DNA of 32,000 nt from Edaphobacter aggregans (GCF_003945235.1 NZ_RSDW01000001.1:6030001-6062000), one strand, 5' to 3'. Shown: positions 18,365-27,394, numbered from the stretch's first letter. Notes: a model not told the origin generated them from the sequence alone. Program-made: numbers and translations.

Positions 18365-19468
18365 TTACGCGGGCTCCTGTTGCGTCATGCAGTGTAGCGT
18401 ACCGAGGCCCCAGACGAGGTCGACCGCGTGGATTCCGATGACGTCGCGGGCGGGGAAGCAGCGGGCGATGGTGTTGAGAGCGTGGCGGTCGTTGGCGTCG
18501 TTGAAGGTGGGGACGAGGACGAGGTCGTTGGCGATGTAGAAATTTGCGTAGCTGGCGGGGAGGCGCTGGCCTTCGAAGACTACGGGGGCGGGCATGGGGA
18601 GTTCGATGATCTCGAAGGGCTCTCCGTTGAGGTTGCGGGCGGTGCGGAGGCGGTCGAGGTTTTCGGCGAGGGGAAGGTGGTTTTCGTCGTGGGTGTTGGT
18701 CTCGACGGCGGTGAGGATGGTGTTTTCGCCGACGAAGCGGGTGATGTCGTCGACGTGGCCGTGGGTGTCGTCGCCAGCGCAGCCGCGGTGAAGCCAGATG
18801 GTCTGGTCGATGCCTAGATAGTCATGGAAGGCCTGCTCGAGGGTGCGGCGGGTGGTCTCTTCGTCGCCGAGGCCGGGGTTGCGCTGCTGGATCTCGGAGA
18901 GGAGGCACTCCTCGGTGGTGATGAGGGTGCCGGCGCCGTTGACGTCGATGCTGCCGCCTTCGAGGACGAGGCGGTGGAGTTTGCCGTCGGCGTTGAGGGC
19001 CTCGGGTTTGTACTGGGGCATGTCGTAGAGCTTGGCTACGTGTGCGGGGATCTGGTCGTCGCGGCGGTAGTTGTCGTACTTGGCCCAGGCGTTGAACTTC
19101 CAGTTGGTGATGGCGTTTTCGCCGGTGGGGTTCTTGATGAAGATGGGGCCGGAGTCGCGGAGCCAGACGCGGTCGGTGGCCCAGTGGTGGAAGTGGAGGC
19201 GGGCTAGGTTGGCTCCTCCGCGGCGGAGGAAGTTGGAGGCGCGCTTTTCGGCGTCGTCGTTGTTGACGAGGATGTGGACGTCTTCGCAGCAGGAGAGGTG
19301 GCGGACGATCTCGGCGTAGACCCAAGGGATGGGTTGGAATTTTCCGGGCCAGTCCTCAGCGTTGTGGGGCCAGGCGATCCAGGTGGCGGCGTGGAGGGCC
19401 CACTCGGCTGGCATGCGGTAGTTTTGGTCGCGAGGTGTCTCCGGCTTTTCGTTCTCTGTGGTGGTCAC
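18365..19468 (-). CDS. aguA: Agmatine deiminase / porphyromonas-type peptidyl-arginine deiminase family
   Basis: RMPAEWALHAATWIAWPH..., DTHGHVDD, and catalytic Cys in GTLHCMTQQEP. The start is GTG at 19468. Substrate specificity is not certain from sequence. Confidence 0.88.
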   Translation of the reverse strand: MTTTENEKPETPRDQNYRMPAEWALHAATWIAWPHNAEDWPGKFQPIPWVYAEIVRHLSCCEDVHILVNNDDAEKRASNFLRRGGANLARLHFHHWATDRVWLRDSGPIFIKNPTGENAITNWKFNAWAKYDNYRRDDQIPAHVAKLYDMPQYKPEALNADGKLHRLVLEGGSIDVNGAGTLITTEECLLSEIQQRNPGLGDEETTRRTLEQAFHDYLGIDQTIWLHRGCAGDDTHGHVDDITRFVGENTILTAVETNTHDENHLPLAENLDRLRTARNLNGEPFEIIELPMPAPVVFEGQRLPASYANFYIANDLVLVPTFNDANDRHALNTIARCFPARDVIGIHAVDLVWGLGTLHCMTQQEPA

Positions 19469-19514
19469 CGCTTGGCTCGCCCTTTCCTGTGTGGCATAGT
19501 TCCGGTTGAGGAGG

Positions 19515-19712
19515 TATCCCCTCCCCGTGTTTAAGTATCTAAAGTCTTCAAAACAAGAATCTTATGGGTGGACTTCCGTTGGTACTTCCTCTAGGATGCC
19601 GATTCGGGGTTCTGGATCATGCACTCTTTAAAATATAGCGAGTTCGGGGAAATTGTTCGGCGTCGGTAAGTTGTTGGTTTGGTGTGGGATGTTGAGTCAA
19701 AGGACTTGACAG
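19515..19712. repeat. Intergenic element copy B (homologous to 14622-14943)
   Basis: Same ordered blocks as copy A: TATCCCCTCCCCG (19515), AAAGTCTTC (19541), 16 nt, GGGTGGACTT (19566), TTTAAAATATAGCGAGTTCGGGGAAATTGTTCGG (19627), CTTGACAG (19705). The block5-block6 spacing is 45 nt, versus 46 nt in copy A. Confidence 0.65.
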
Positions 19713-19788
19713 GCATTTTTGGCTGGCAATGATGGGCTTTTGGGGCAGGTTTTCGTGCCGAAAGGTTGAAGGGCGTTGGGAGTGTAGA

Positions 19789-19867
19789 CCCTCAGGGTTC
19801 CTTCGACAGGCTCAGGACAGGCTCTTCGGCTCGGCTGCGCACCGCTCAGGATGACGGTTCTTGAGGG
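19789..19867. repeat. Micro-repeat-rich segment (ACAGGCTC x2, CTCAGG x3) bounded by the CCCTCA/TGAGGG inverted repeat
   Basis: ACAGGCTC occurs at 19806 and 19817. CTCAGG occurs at 19791, 19811 and 19845. The outer 6-bp inverted repeat is 19789-19794 / 19862-19867. One frame translates to PSTGSGQALRLGCAPLRMTVLEGG. Confidence 0.5.
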
Positions 19868-19941
19868 AGGGCAAAAGTTGGAAAGCGCAGTAAGTTTGGT
19901 GGGGAGTTTTCATCACGTAGGATGGAGATATCTACTGAGTG

Positions 19942-21804
19942 ATGAATAAGATATTTGGGTCTCTTTCTCTTTGCTTTTTTTGTTTGGTTTCGGGGTTCGC
20001 GCAGCAGAGTTCTCCTGGTGATTCGTCGCAGAGTGGGCGGGTTTCGGCTGTGGTGCAGAGTGTCTCGGTTACGACTGCGCTTGAGCCATTTCCGCTGGCG
20101 GAGAGTGACCGATCGGTGGAGTTTCTGGCTCCGGAGGATGAGCGTCCGCTGAAGAACAGCGTGGTGGATGTGCTTCGGGGGGACCCCTCGCTGAACTTGC
20201 AGGCGCGGGGAGGGAGTGGTGTTCAGGCTGACCTCTCGGTGCGAGGGACTACGTTTGAGCAGTCGTTGATTTTGCTGAATGGGTTGCGGATTAACGATGC
20301 TGAGACGGGCCACTTGAATCTAGATATTCCGGTTCCGCTGGATGCGGTGGGGCGGGTGGATGTGCTGCATGGGTCGGGGTCGACGTTTTATGGGTCGGAC
20401 GCGATTGGCGGCGCGGTGAATCTGCTGACCGAGCGGCCGGGGCCGGGGTTCAGTCTGATGGCGAGCTCGGGTGTGGGGAACTACGGGTCGCTGGAGCAGC
20501 ATTTGCGGGTGAACTATGCCGCGGGGCGGGTGGCGGAGCAGTTTACGGGAAGTCGCGATACTTCGGATGGGTTTATCGCGGACCGGAACTACAGCAGCAA
20601 TGAGGCAGCGTTGGAGAGTTGGCTGACGCTGAAGCCGGGTACGACGGATGTGCTGGTGGCGGTGAGCGATCGGCCGTATGGGGCGAATTTGTTTTATGGC
20701 CCGTATGACTCCTGGGAGCGGACTAAGGGGTGGTTTGCGAGTGTTCAGCAGCAGATTGGCGAGCGGACCGCAGCGAGCTTTGGGTATCGCAGGCATAGCG
20801 ACATGTTTGTGCTGTTTGCCGACCAGCCGGAGATCTACGAGAACAACCACATTACGACGAGCTATGAGGGCGCGTTGAGGAGGGTGGATGCGTTGGGTCG
20901 CAAGGCTTCGGTGTCGTATGGTGTTGAGGCAGATGGCAGTGGGATTCGCAGTAACAGTCTGGGTGAGCATGGGCGGAATCAGGGCGCAGGGTATGCGAAT
21001 GTGAGTCTGCGGGAGTTGGGGAGGTTTTCGCTGTCGGTGGGGGCGCGTGAGGAGGTGTTTTCGGGGGGCGGGTCGGTGTTTTCGCCGAACGTTGCGGGAG
21101 CTTTCAGGCTAAGCCAGACGCTTAGGTTGCGGGGGGCGGTGGGGCATGGGTTTCGGCTGCCTACGTATGTTGATCTGTACTACTCGGACCCCAGCACGAT
21201 TGGGAATCCGGCGCTGCGGCCGGAGTCCTCGTGGAGTTATGAGAGTGGTGTGGACTGGAGTCCGGGGGGTGGGCGGGTCACGGTGACGGCTACGGGGTTT
21301 TATCTACGGCAGAAAGACAGCATTGACTACTCGAAGCAGGAGTTGGCTACGGACGCGCTGACCTCTGCCGAGCCGTGGCAAGCGGTGAATGTGCAGCACC
21401 TGAATATTGTGGGCGTGGAGAGTACGGTGCGGGTTCGGCTGACGGATCGGCAGCGGCTTCAGTTCGGCTATAGTGCGGCGCATGCTGCGTCGCCGCCGGC
21501 GGGGTTGATCTCGGAGTATGCGTTTAATTATGCGTCGCAGAATGCGATCTTTGGCTGGAGTGGAGAGCTTCCGGGGAGATGGGGGCGTGAGGTGTCGGCG
21601 CGGACGCAAGTAAATGTGGTGCAGAGGACGATGCAGACGGCTTATCCGCTGTGGGATGTAGGGCTTGAACGGAATGTTGGGAGGGTGCGACCTTATCTCA
21701 GACTATTGAATTTGAGCAATATGGGGTACCAGGAGATACCCCAGGTTCCGATGCAGGGGCGGACGGCAATGGTGGGGGCTGCGTTCTTATGGGATCGACG
21801 TTGA
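19942..21804 (+). CDS. TonB-dependent outer-membrane receptor (small, about 620 aa, BtuB/CirA-size class)
   Basis: Signal peptide MNKIFGSLSLCFFCLVSGFAQQ. Plug-domain motifs are ...VLRGDPSLNLQARGG...SVRGTTFEQSLILLNGLRINDA...VDVLHGSGSTFYGSDAIGGAVNL. A beta-barrel repeat pattern runs to the C-terminus. The track start GTG at 19939 is immediately followed by ATG at 19942. Confidence 0.9.
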   Translation: MNKIFGSLSLCFFCLVSGFAQQSSPGDSSQSGRVSAVVQSVSVTTALEPFPLAESDRSVEFLAPEDERPLKNSVVDVLRGDPSLNLQARGGSGVQADLSVRGTTFEQSLILLNGLRINDAETGHLNLDIPVPLDAVGRVDVLHGSGSTFYGSDAIGGAVNLLTERPGPGFSLMASSGVGNYGSLEQHLRVNYAAGRVAEQFTGSRDTSDGFIADRNYSSNEAALESWLTLKPGTTDVLVAVSDRPYGANLFYGPYDSWERTKGWFASVQQQIGERTAASFGYRRHSDMFVLFADQPEIYENNHITTSYEGALRRVDALGRKASVSYGVEADGSGIRSNSLGEHGRNQGAGYANVSLRELGRFSLSVGAREEVFSGGGSVFSPNVAGAFRLSQTLRLRGAVGHGFRLPTYVDLYYSDPSTIGNPALRPESSWSYESGVDWSPGGGRVTVTATGFYLRQKDSIDYSKQELATDALTSAEPWQAVNVQHLNIVGVESTVRVRLTDRQRLQFGYSAAHAASPPAGLISEYAFNYASQNAIFGWSGELPGRWGREVSARTQVNVVQRTMQTAYPLWDVGLERNVGRVRPYLRLLNLSNMGYQEIPQVPMQGRTAMVGAAFLWDRR

Positions 21805-21881
21805 TGAAGTGCCGCGTATAGGATGAGATGCGGTCGGGAATTAATGCCTGACCGATCTTCAGGAAGGCACCTCAAATCGAC

Positions 21882-23201
21882 ATGGCCATCGGCACCAGTG
21901 TTTCCACCACCTCGCAGCAGTACGGGACCCAGAAGACAGATGTCCGGGCCATGAGCATCGCAACGATGCTGTTTTTCATGTGGGGCTTTCTTACTTGCCT
22001 GAATGACATTCTGATTCCGCATCTGAAGGGCATCTTTGACCTGAACTATGCGCAGGCGATGCTGGTGCAGTTCTGCTTCTTCTCGTCGTACTTCATCTTT
22101 GCGCTGCCTTCGGGGAAGCTGGTGGAGTGGGTGGGTTATAAGCAGGCTATGGTGGTTGGCTTGCTGGTTATGGCGGCGGGAGCGTTTCTGTTTTTGCCGG
22201 CTTCGACAGCGGCCTCGTTTGGGTTGTTTCTGTCGGCGTTGATTATTTTGGCTGCTGGCATTACGTGCCTGCAGGTGGCGGCGAATCCTTATGTGGCGAA
22301 CCTTGGGCCTCCGGAGACTTCGGCGGCGCGGCTGAATCTGTCGCAGGCGTTCAACTCCTTCGGGACGTTTGTTGCTCCCTTCTTTGGCAGCATCTTGATT
22401 CTGAGCTCTACGCAGATTTCAGCGGACAAAATGAGGTCGCTCTCGGGGGCGGCGCTTCAGCAGTACCGTATGGAGCAGGCCTCTTCGGTGCGGCTGCCCT
22501 ATCTGGGGATCGGGCTGACGCTGGTGTTGCTGGCGATTTCGTTTGCCGTGCTGAAGATGCCGACGATGGACTTTACGCGGGACATTCGGCCGGGAGAGCT
22601 GGATGCTTCGGAGGCGCATGACAGCATCTGGAAGCATCCGGTGCTGCTGGCTGGAGCGCTGGCGATCTTTGTGTATGTGGGGGCGGAGGTTTCGATTGGG
22701 AGCTTCCTGGTGAACTACTTTGGGCTACCGGGAATTGCGTCGTTTACCGAGAAGACGGCGGCGAAGTATGTGTCGCTGTATTGGGGTGGGGCGATGGTAG
22801 GGCGGTTTATCGGGTCGTGGCTGCTGACGAAGTTCAGGACGAGTACGGTGCTCGGGACGGCTGCTGTGGTGGCGTGCGGGTTGGTGGTTACTTCGATCAT
22901 CACGCATGGGCATACGGCTATGTGGGCGATTCTGGCGGTCGGGCTGTTCAATTCGGTTATGTTCCCGAGTATTTTTACGGTTGGGCTGACTGGGTTGGGG
23001 CCGCTGACTTCGAAGGGGTCGAGTTTGATGGTTGCGGCGATTGTGGGAGGGGCGCTGATTCCGCTGGCCGAAGGGCATTTGGCGGATCAGATTGGCGTGC
23101 AGCATGCCTTCATGATTCCGGCGGTTTGCTATATCTATATTGCTCTGTTTGGGTATTTGGGCGGGCGACACGCGGAGCGGGAGGTTGGGATCGCGGCTTA
23201 G
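21882..23201 (+). CDS. MFS sugar transporter, FucP/GluP (fucose or glucose/galactose:H+ symporter) family
   Basis: FFMWGFLTCLNDILIPHLKGIF...LQVAANPYVANLGPPETSAARLNLSQAFNSFG closely parallels E. coli FucP motifs (NDILLP, ETAANPF, RLNLAQTFNSFG). There are about 12 TM segments. Confidence 0.9.
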   Translation: MAIGTSVSTTSQQYGTQKTDVRAMSIATMLFFMWGFLTCLNDILIPHLKGIFDLNYAQAMLVQFCFFSSYFIFALPSGKLVEWVGYKQAMVVGLLVMAAGAFLFLPASTAASFGLFLSALIILAAGITCLQVAANPYVANLGPPETSAARLNLSQAFNSFGTFVAPFFGSILILSSTQISADKMRSLSGAALQQYRMEQASSVRLPYLGIGLTLVLLAISFAVLKMPTMDFTRDIRPGELDASEAHDSIWKHPVLLAGALAIFVYVGAEVSIGSFLVNYFGLPGIASFTEKTAAKYVSLYWGGAMVGRFIGSWLLTKFRTSTVLGTAAVVACGLVVTSIITHGHTAMWAILAVGLFNSVMFPSIFTVGLTGLGPLTSKGSSLMVAAIVGGALIPLAEGHLADQIGVQHAFMIPAVCYIYIALFGYLGGRHAEREVGIAA

Positions 23202-23231
23202 ATTTTTCTAATTCTCTTGAGGATGCCAGTG

Positions 23232-23280
23232 AAAAGGCCCATCGTCGCTTGAACGCGATGGTGGGCCTTTGTTTCTGGTT
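23232..23280. terminator. Bidirectional intrinsic terminator between the convergent MFS and amidohydrolase genes
   Basis: AAGGCCCATCG (23234-44) pairs with CGATGgTGGGCCTT (23256-69). An AAAA tract lies on the 5' side and TTGTTTCTGGTTTATTT on the 3' side. Confidence 0.7.
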
Positions 23281-24620
23281 TATTTGGCCGCTAGTTCATT
23301 TTTGGCGATGACACCGCCCTTCATGACGAAGGGGACGTGTTCGAGGACTTCGACGCGCTGGAGCGGGTCTTCTTTGAGGGCGATGAGGTCGGCATAGTGT
23401 CCGGGTGAGAGGACGCCTACGTCGGAGGCGCGGCCGATGAGGTCTGCGGCGTTGCGGGTGGCGGCCTGGATGGCCTGGGCGGGTGTCATACCGTACATCA
23501 CCATGTAGTGGAACTGCTTGGCGTTGTCGCCGTGGGGGTAGACTCCGGCGTCGGTGCCGAAGGCCATCTTGACACCGGCCTCGAAGGCTTTGCGGAAGTT
23601 TTCGCGCTGGAGTTTGCCTACGCTGCGTTCTTTGGCGAGCATCTCTTCCTGAATGCCGAAGTCTTTGGCTTTGCCGAGGATGTAGTCGTCATCGTAGATG
23701 TCCATGACGAAGTAGGTGCCGTGGGCTTTGGCGAGGCGGATGCCCTCGTCGTCGACGAGCGAGGCGTGCTCGATGGAGTCGATGCCAGCGTTGATGGCGT
23801 CCTTGATGGACTGGGTGCCATGGGCGTGCGCGGCGATCTTGCGGCCGGTGGCGTGGGCGGTGTCGGCGGCCATTTTCAGCTCTTCGAAGGTGTATTGTGG
23901 GGCGCCGGGCTGGTCGCCTTTGCTGAGGACGCCCCCGGAGGCGAGGATCTTGACGACGTCGACGCCGTATTTGGCCTGGGCGCGGATGGTCTGGCGGATC
24001 TGCTCGGGGCCGTCGGCGATGGAGAAGTCACGCTCTTCTGGGAACATGGTGACGCGTGTTTGCGGGGAGTAGTTGTTGAGGTCGCCGTGGCCTCCAGTGA
24101 TGGAGAGCGGGGGGCCGGAGGCTACGATGCGTGGGCCGGGGAGGAGGCCCTCGTTGATGGCGTTGCGGAGATCGACGGCCATGAAGGGAAGTGAGCCTAC
24201 GTCGCGGACGCTGGTGAAGCCTGCGTCAAGGGTGCGCTTGGCGTTGACGACGCTGGCGTAGGCGCTGGTGAAGGGGGTTTCTTTGAAGGAGTTGATGGGG
24301 TCGTACTTGTCGGCGCGGGCTCCGAGGTGGGTGTGGCAGTCGATGAGGCCCGGGAGGACGTAGTCATTGCTGAGGTCGACTACTTTTGCGCCGGTGGGGA
24401 TGGCGAAGCTGGAGGATTCGACGGATTGGATGCGGTCTCCGGCAAGGACAAGGACTACGTTCTGGCGGTAGGCGCCGGCTTCGCTGTCGAAGAGGTGCCC
24501 GGCTTTGACGTAGGTGGTGGCTGGAGATGTGCTCGTCGATTGGGCGGGGGATGTTTGTTGCAGCGTGAGTAATAACGCGAGTGAAGGTAATAGAACGCCA
24601 AGACCGGACAGTTTCCGCAT
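23280..24620 (-). CDS. Secreted metal-dependent amidohydrolase-family protein (paralog class of 16939..18297)
   Basis: Signal peptide MRKLSGLGVLLPSLALLLTLQQTSPAQS, HxH motif LPGLIDCHTHLG, then ...KIAAHAHG..., AFGTDAG. The SD AAGAGG lies 7 nt upstream of the start. Confidence 0.9.
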   Translation of the reverse strand: MRKLSGLGVLLPSLALLLTLQQTSPAQSTSTSPATTYVKAGHLFDSEAGAYRQNVVLVLAGDRIQSVESSSFAIPTGAKVVDLSNDYVLPGLIDCHTHLGARADKYDPINSFKETPFTSAYASVVNAKRTLDAGFTSVRDVGSLPFMAVDLRNAINEGLLPGPRIVASGPPLSITGGHGDLNNYSPQTRVTMFPEERDFSIADGPEQIRQTIRAQAKYGVDVVKILASGGVLSKGDQPGAPQYTFEELKMAADTAHATGRKIAAHAHGTQSIKDAINAGIDSIEHASLVDDEGIRLAKAHGTYFVMDIYDDDYILGKAKDFGIQEEMLAKERSVGKLQRENFRKAFEAGVKMAFGTDAGVYPHGDNAKQFHYMVMYGMTPAQAIQAATRNAADLIGRASDVGVLSPGHYADLIALKEDPLQRVEVLEHVPFVMKGGVIAKNELAAK

Positions 24621-24683
24621 CGTGTGCCTCTTGGGAGGGTGAATTTAGGACAGTGTAGCGGATAGGACTCGGACGGTGTACAA

Positions 24684-24716
24684 CCCACTCATCGCGATGG
24701 TGCTGCGATGAGTGGG
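24684..24716 (-). terminator. Perfect 12-bp stem hairpin downstream of the glycosidase gene (part of a three-segment alternative-pairing element)
   Basis: CCCACTCATCGC (24684-95) pairs with GCGATGAGTGGG (24705-16), 9-nt loop. The minus-strand tail TTGT is a poor U-tract. A third copy, CACTCATCGC, sits at 24733-42. Confidence 0.45.
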
Positions 24717-24768
24717 CTTCCGAAGACCGGCTCACTCATCGCCGGGGACTAAACAATCAACCACTGAC

Positions 24769-27336
24769 TTATTGCAAGATCACTTCTGTTGCGGTGTATG
24801 GCGGAACCGAGACCGTGAATGTGCTTCCCGGAATGGAAAGCGTGGAGGAGGGAAGTGCTGCCGTCGTCTGCGTCGAGCTTAGCCCGTAGCTGTACTGCGT
24901 GGCCGTGGCCCCGACCGTCGCGCCGCTGATGGTGATCTGAACCAGATTTGGATTGCTCGGATCGGTGTTGATCAGCAGAACTCCCTTGCCGCCGGCTGTC
25001 TTCAGGGACGCGTGAGCCAGGATGGTCGTGTTGCTGGAAGTGGTTGTCACCAGCGAGTCGCCGACTCCGGCGAGAAGGTGAGCCATCTCGATACCGTAGT
25101 AAGCGGGATTGGGTGCTTCCGTGCCGGTTGTCAGATAGTTGTTGTGCAGTTCCAGCCAGTCGATATTCTGAATCCCGTTTTCGAGGCTGACCAGGTACTC
25201 ATGGGCTGCATAGAGGCCGGGTATCAGTGCGGGCGTTCCGCTGGCCAGCGTGCCGTTCGGGCCTGTCTCGGTGACGAAGAACTGTATCGCACTCGCATTG
25301 GATGGGCAGGACCGTGACAACTGGGTTTTGAGAGTGGTCACCAGTGCAGGCATATTCTTTTGCGGCAGACTGAAGAGCTGCGCCGCCGTCACATTGTTGT
25401 AGGAGCCGGGATAGTAATGGAGAATTGCGAAGTCGAAGTTAGCTCCAGCGCAGACTGCCTGCAGCGCCGCGGGGTTCCAGGTCGCAGGGATCGGGTCAAC
25501 TTGCGGGGAGCTCATGACGAAACCGATCTTGATCGTGGAATCCACAGCCTTCATTGCCTGGATGAATGGGATTGCGTTGGTACCGTACGATGAGGGAGAA
25601 AGCGCCGGGACCATTGCGCGCGAGTTATAGATCGATGTTGTGCCATAGCCGCTGGGATAAACGTAAGGAGCGTGCAGATCTGTCTCGGTGTTCTGGTTCG
25701 CGTTGTAGCCGTTGTAGAAGATCTCGTTGCCTAGCTCCCAATATTTAATCCCTAACGCAGCGCTCTGCCCGATGCGGAGAAAATTGTAACCGTCATCGGT
25801 CGCAATAGGAGTTGCCGCTCGCAGACTGGCCCAGTAGCCAACTGTCTTCCAATCGAACCCGGCGGCGTCGATTCCAATGACCTGAGTGTTGCTGGGACTG
25901 CCGTTTGAATAGGCCACCCATGCAGCGGCCTCCTGCGGTTGGCCCGCTGTGTTCGGGTTGCTGCAGGTGTTCTGGTTATAGGAGCCGATTGTCTTCGCGG
26001 CGGTGCTGTTAGCCACGCTGGTGCCATAGTTAATCGTGATGATGGCCTGCGCGCCAACCGCCTGTAGTGTCTTGATGAAATGGCCAAAATCGGTGTTTGG
26101 CGCAAGATAGCCATTTTGCGTCGATCCACAGGCCGGGGGGACGGAGGCGAAGAACGGAGTCAGGGTGTTTTGTGCCCAATGGTAGACATCGGAATAAATG
26201 CCACCGGGATAGCGCATCACCGTGACACCGCCTGTCTGCAGCAAGCCTGGCAGATTCGTCGTATCGCTCAGACTCGAGTCGTAGACGGAGGTGTGGATGC
26301 CGAATCCGGTCTGCGGCACTACTGCAAGGGTAGAGGCCGCATTTACCTGAACCACGGTGTTCACCGCTGTGACTGTATAAGTCGCGTTCGCTGTAAGCTG
26401 CGTTGGGCTGCTGTCGTTCACCGCGATGGTGAAGGTGCTGGCGCCCGCGACTGTCGGGGTTCCGCTGATAGTACCGTTCGCCGCGAGCGTGAGGCCAACG
26501 GGCAAAGATCCCGATTGCAGTGAGAATGCGTAGGGCGCAGTGCCGCCGGAAGCGGCAATCGCTTGTGAGTAGGCAGATCCAAGAGTTGGCGTGGACAGCG
26601 TTGCTGTCGTGATGGCCATCGGCGAAGAGTTGACCGTGATGCTGAAGGATGCGGTTGCGGACAGAGCCGGCGATGAGCTGTCCGTGACCTTCAACGTAAA
26701 GGTTGACGCCCCTGCTGCCGTTGGAGTCCCTGAGATTATTCCCGCGGAAGAAAGCGTAAGGCCAGTCGGCAAAGACCCCGACGATAGAGAGAATGTGTAA
26801 GGGGTAGTTCCGCCGGAAGCCGCGACCGGCTGTGTGTAGGCGGATCCGACGGTTGATGCAGACAGCGCCGTTGTTGTAATGGCCACTGGCGGCGGATTGA
26901 CCGTGATGCTGAAGGACGTGGTCGCGGACCCGGCCGGTGACGAGCTATCCGTGACCTGTATACCGAAGGTCGACGATCCCGCGGCCGTCGGAGTTCCTGA
27001 GATCACTCCAGAGGTAGACAGCGTGAGGCCAGCTGGAAGTGTGCCGGTGGCCACGCCGAACGTGTACGGAGTCGTGCCGTTCGCTGCAGCGATGGTCTGA
27101 CTGTAGGGTGTTCCGACGGTGCCGGAAGGCAAGCTGCTTGTGGTGATGCTGACCGGGGTAACAGTTTTTACAGGGGAGCTCGGTGCGGTGGAGGTCGAAG
27201 CTGAACTCGTGCCGGAACTGCATCCACTGGCAAGCAAGAGCGGCAGAAGCAATGCGAAACAAAGAACCAATGAGACGGTGTTCGTGTTGTCTGGACTGGG
27301 CGCTGAGGTGTGCCCGCGCCATGTGAATCTCGTCAT
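24769..27336 (-). CDS. Lipoprotein: three tandem Ig-like (He_PIG/cadherin-like) domains plus a clan GH-A (TIM-barrel) glycoside hydrolase with a C-terminal beta-sandwich
   Basis: Track ORF trimmed to ATG at 27336 (AGGAG 4 nt upstream). Signal/lipobox-like ...LLLPLLLASGC. There are three 87-89-aa repeats (..ITT..L..G..G..Y.Q...A.GGT.PY.F....G.LP.GLTL...G.ISGTPT.AG...F...V.DSS.P). The catalytic-type motifs KYWELGNEIF (acid/base NE) and FFVTETGPNG (nucleophile E) resemble GH79/GH39/GH51. The exact GH family is not determinable by eye. Confidence 0.88.
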   Translation of the reverse strand: MTRFTWRGHTSAPSPDNTNTVSLVLCFALLLPLLLASGCSSGTSSASTSTAPSSPVKTVTPVSITTSSLPSGTVGTPYSQTIAAANGTTPYTFGVATGTLPAGLTLSTSGVISGTPTAAGSSTFGIQVTDSSSPAGSATTSFSITVNPPPVAITTTALSASTVGSAYTQPVAASGGTTPYTFSLSSGSLPTGLTLSSAGIISGTPTAAGASTFTLKVTDSSSPALSATASFSITVNSSPMAITTATLSTPTLGSAYSQAIAASGGTAPYAFSLQSGSLPVGLTLAANGTISGTPTVAGASTFTIAVNDSSPTQLTANATYTVTAVNTVVQVNAASTLAVVPQTGFGIHTSVYDSSLSDTTNLPGLLQTGGVTVMRYPGGIYSDVYHWAQNTLTPFFASVPPACGSTQNGYLAPNTDFGHFIKTLQAVGAQAIITINYGTSVANSTAAKTIGSYNQNTCSNPNTAGQPQEAAAWVAYSNGSPSNTQVIGIDAAGFDWKTVGYWASLRAATPIATDDGYNFLRIGQSAALGIKYWELGNEIFYNGYNANQNTETDLHAPYVYPSGYGTTSIYNSRAMVPALSPSSYGTNAIPFIQAMKAVDSTIKIGFVMSSPQVDPIPATWNPAALQAVCAGANFDFAILHYYPGSYNNVTAAQLFSLPQKNMPALVTTLKTQLSRSCPSNASAIQFFVTETGPNGTLASGTPALIPGLYAAHEYLVSLENGIQNIDWLELHNNYLTTGTEAPNPAYYGIEMAHLLAGVGDSLVTTTSSNTTILAHASLKTAGGKGVLLINTDPSNPNLVQITISGATVGATATQYSYGLSSTQTTAALPSSTLSIPGSTFTVSVPPYTATEVILQ
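26359..27153 (-). repeat. Three tandem ~267-bp coding repeats (Ig-like domain units)
   Basis: The repeats cover aa 62-326 of the lipoprotein. Units are 89, 89 and 87 aa. Long identical peptide runs (GTPTAAG.STF, VTDSSSPA.SAT.SFSITVN) link units 1 and 2. Confidence 0.85.
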
Positions 27337-27394
27337 GAAACTCCTAATCAAAAGTAGCCGCCGAATATTGGGGATAGTTATATCGGTCTTATAT

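Noticed and set aside
18822-19325. Arg/Pro-rich antisense or alternative-frame ORFs within aguA, ClC, amidohydrolases, purB and others (for example 18822..19325 -, 13411..14223 -, 4877..5674 -, 953..1522 -)
   Set aside because: They show the typical high-GC off-frame composition (R/P/A/G-rich) and overlap genes with clear family motifs.
19465-19497. 10-codon upstream ORF (MPHRKGRAKR) on the minus strand whose TGA overlaps the GTG start of the agmatine deiminase gene
   Set aside because: It has no Shine-Dalgarno, is very short, and cannot be tested from sequence alone. Most likely fortuitous, although an Arg-rich leader before an arginine-catabolism-related gene is noted.
19600-19940. Cobalamin or TPP riboswitch upstream of the BtuB-sized TonB-dependent receptor (TCTGGATCATGC resembles the TPP UCUGGAUAAUGC)
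   Set aside because: There is no B12 box (GCCACUG / AGYCMGG..) and no CUGAGA element for TPP. The similarity is limited to one short word.
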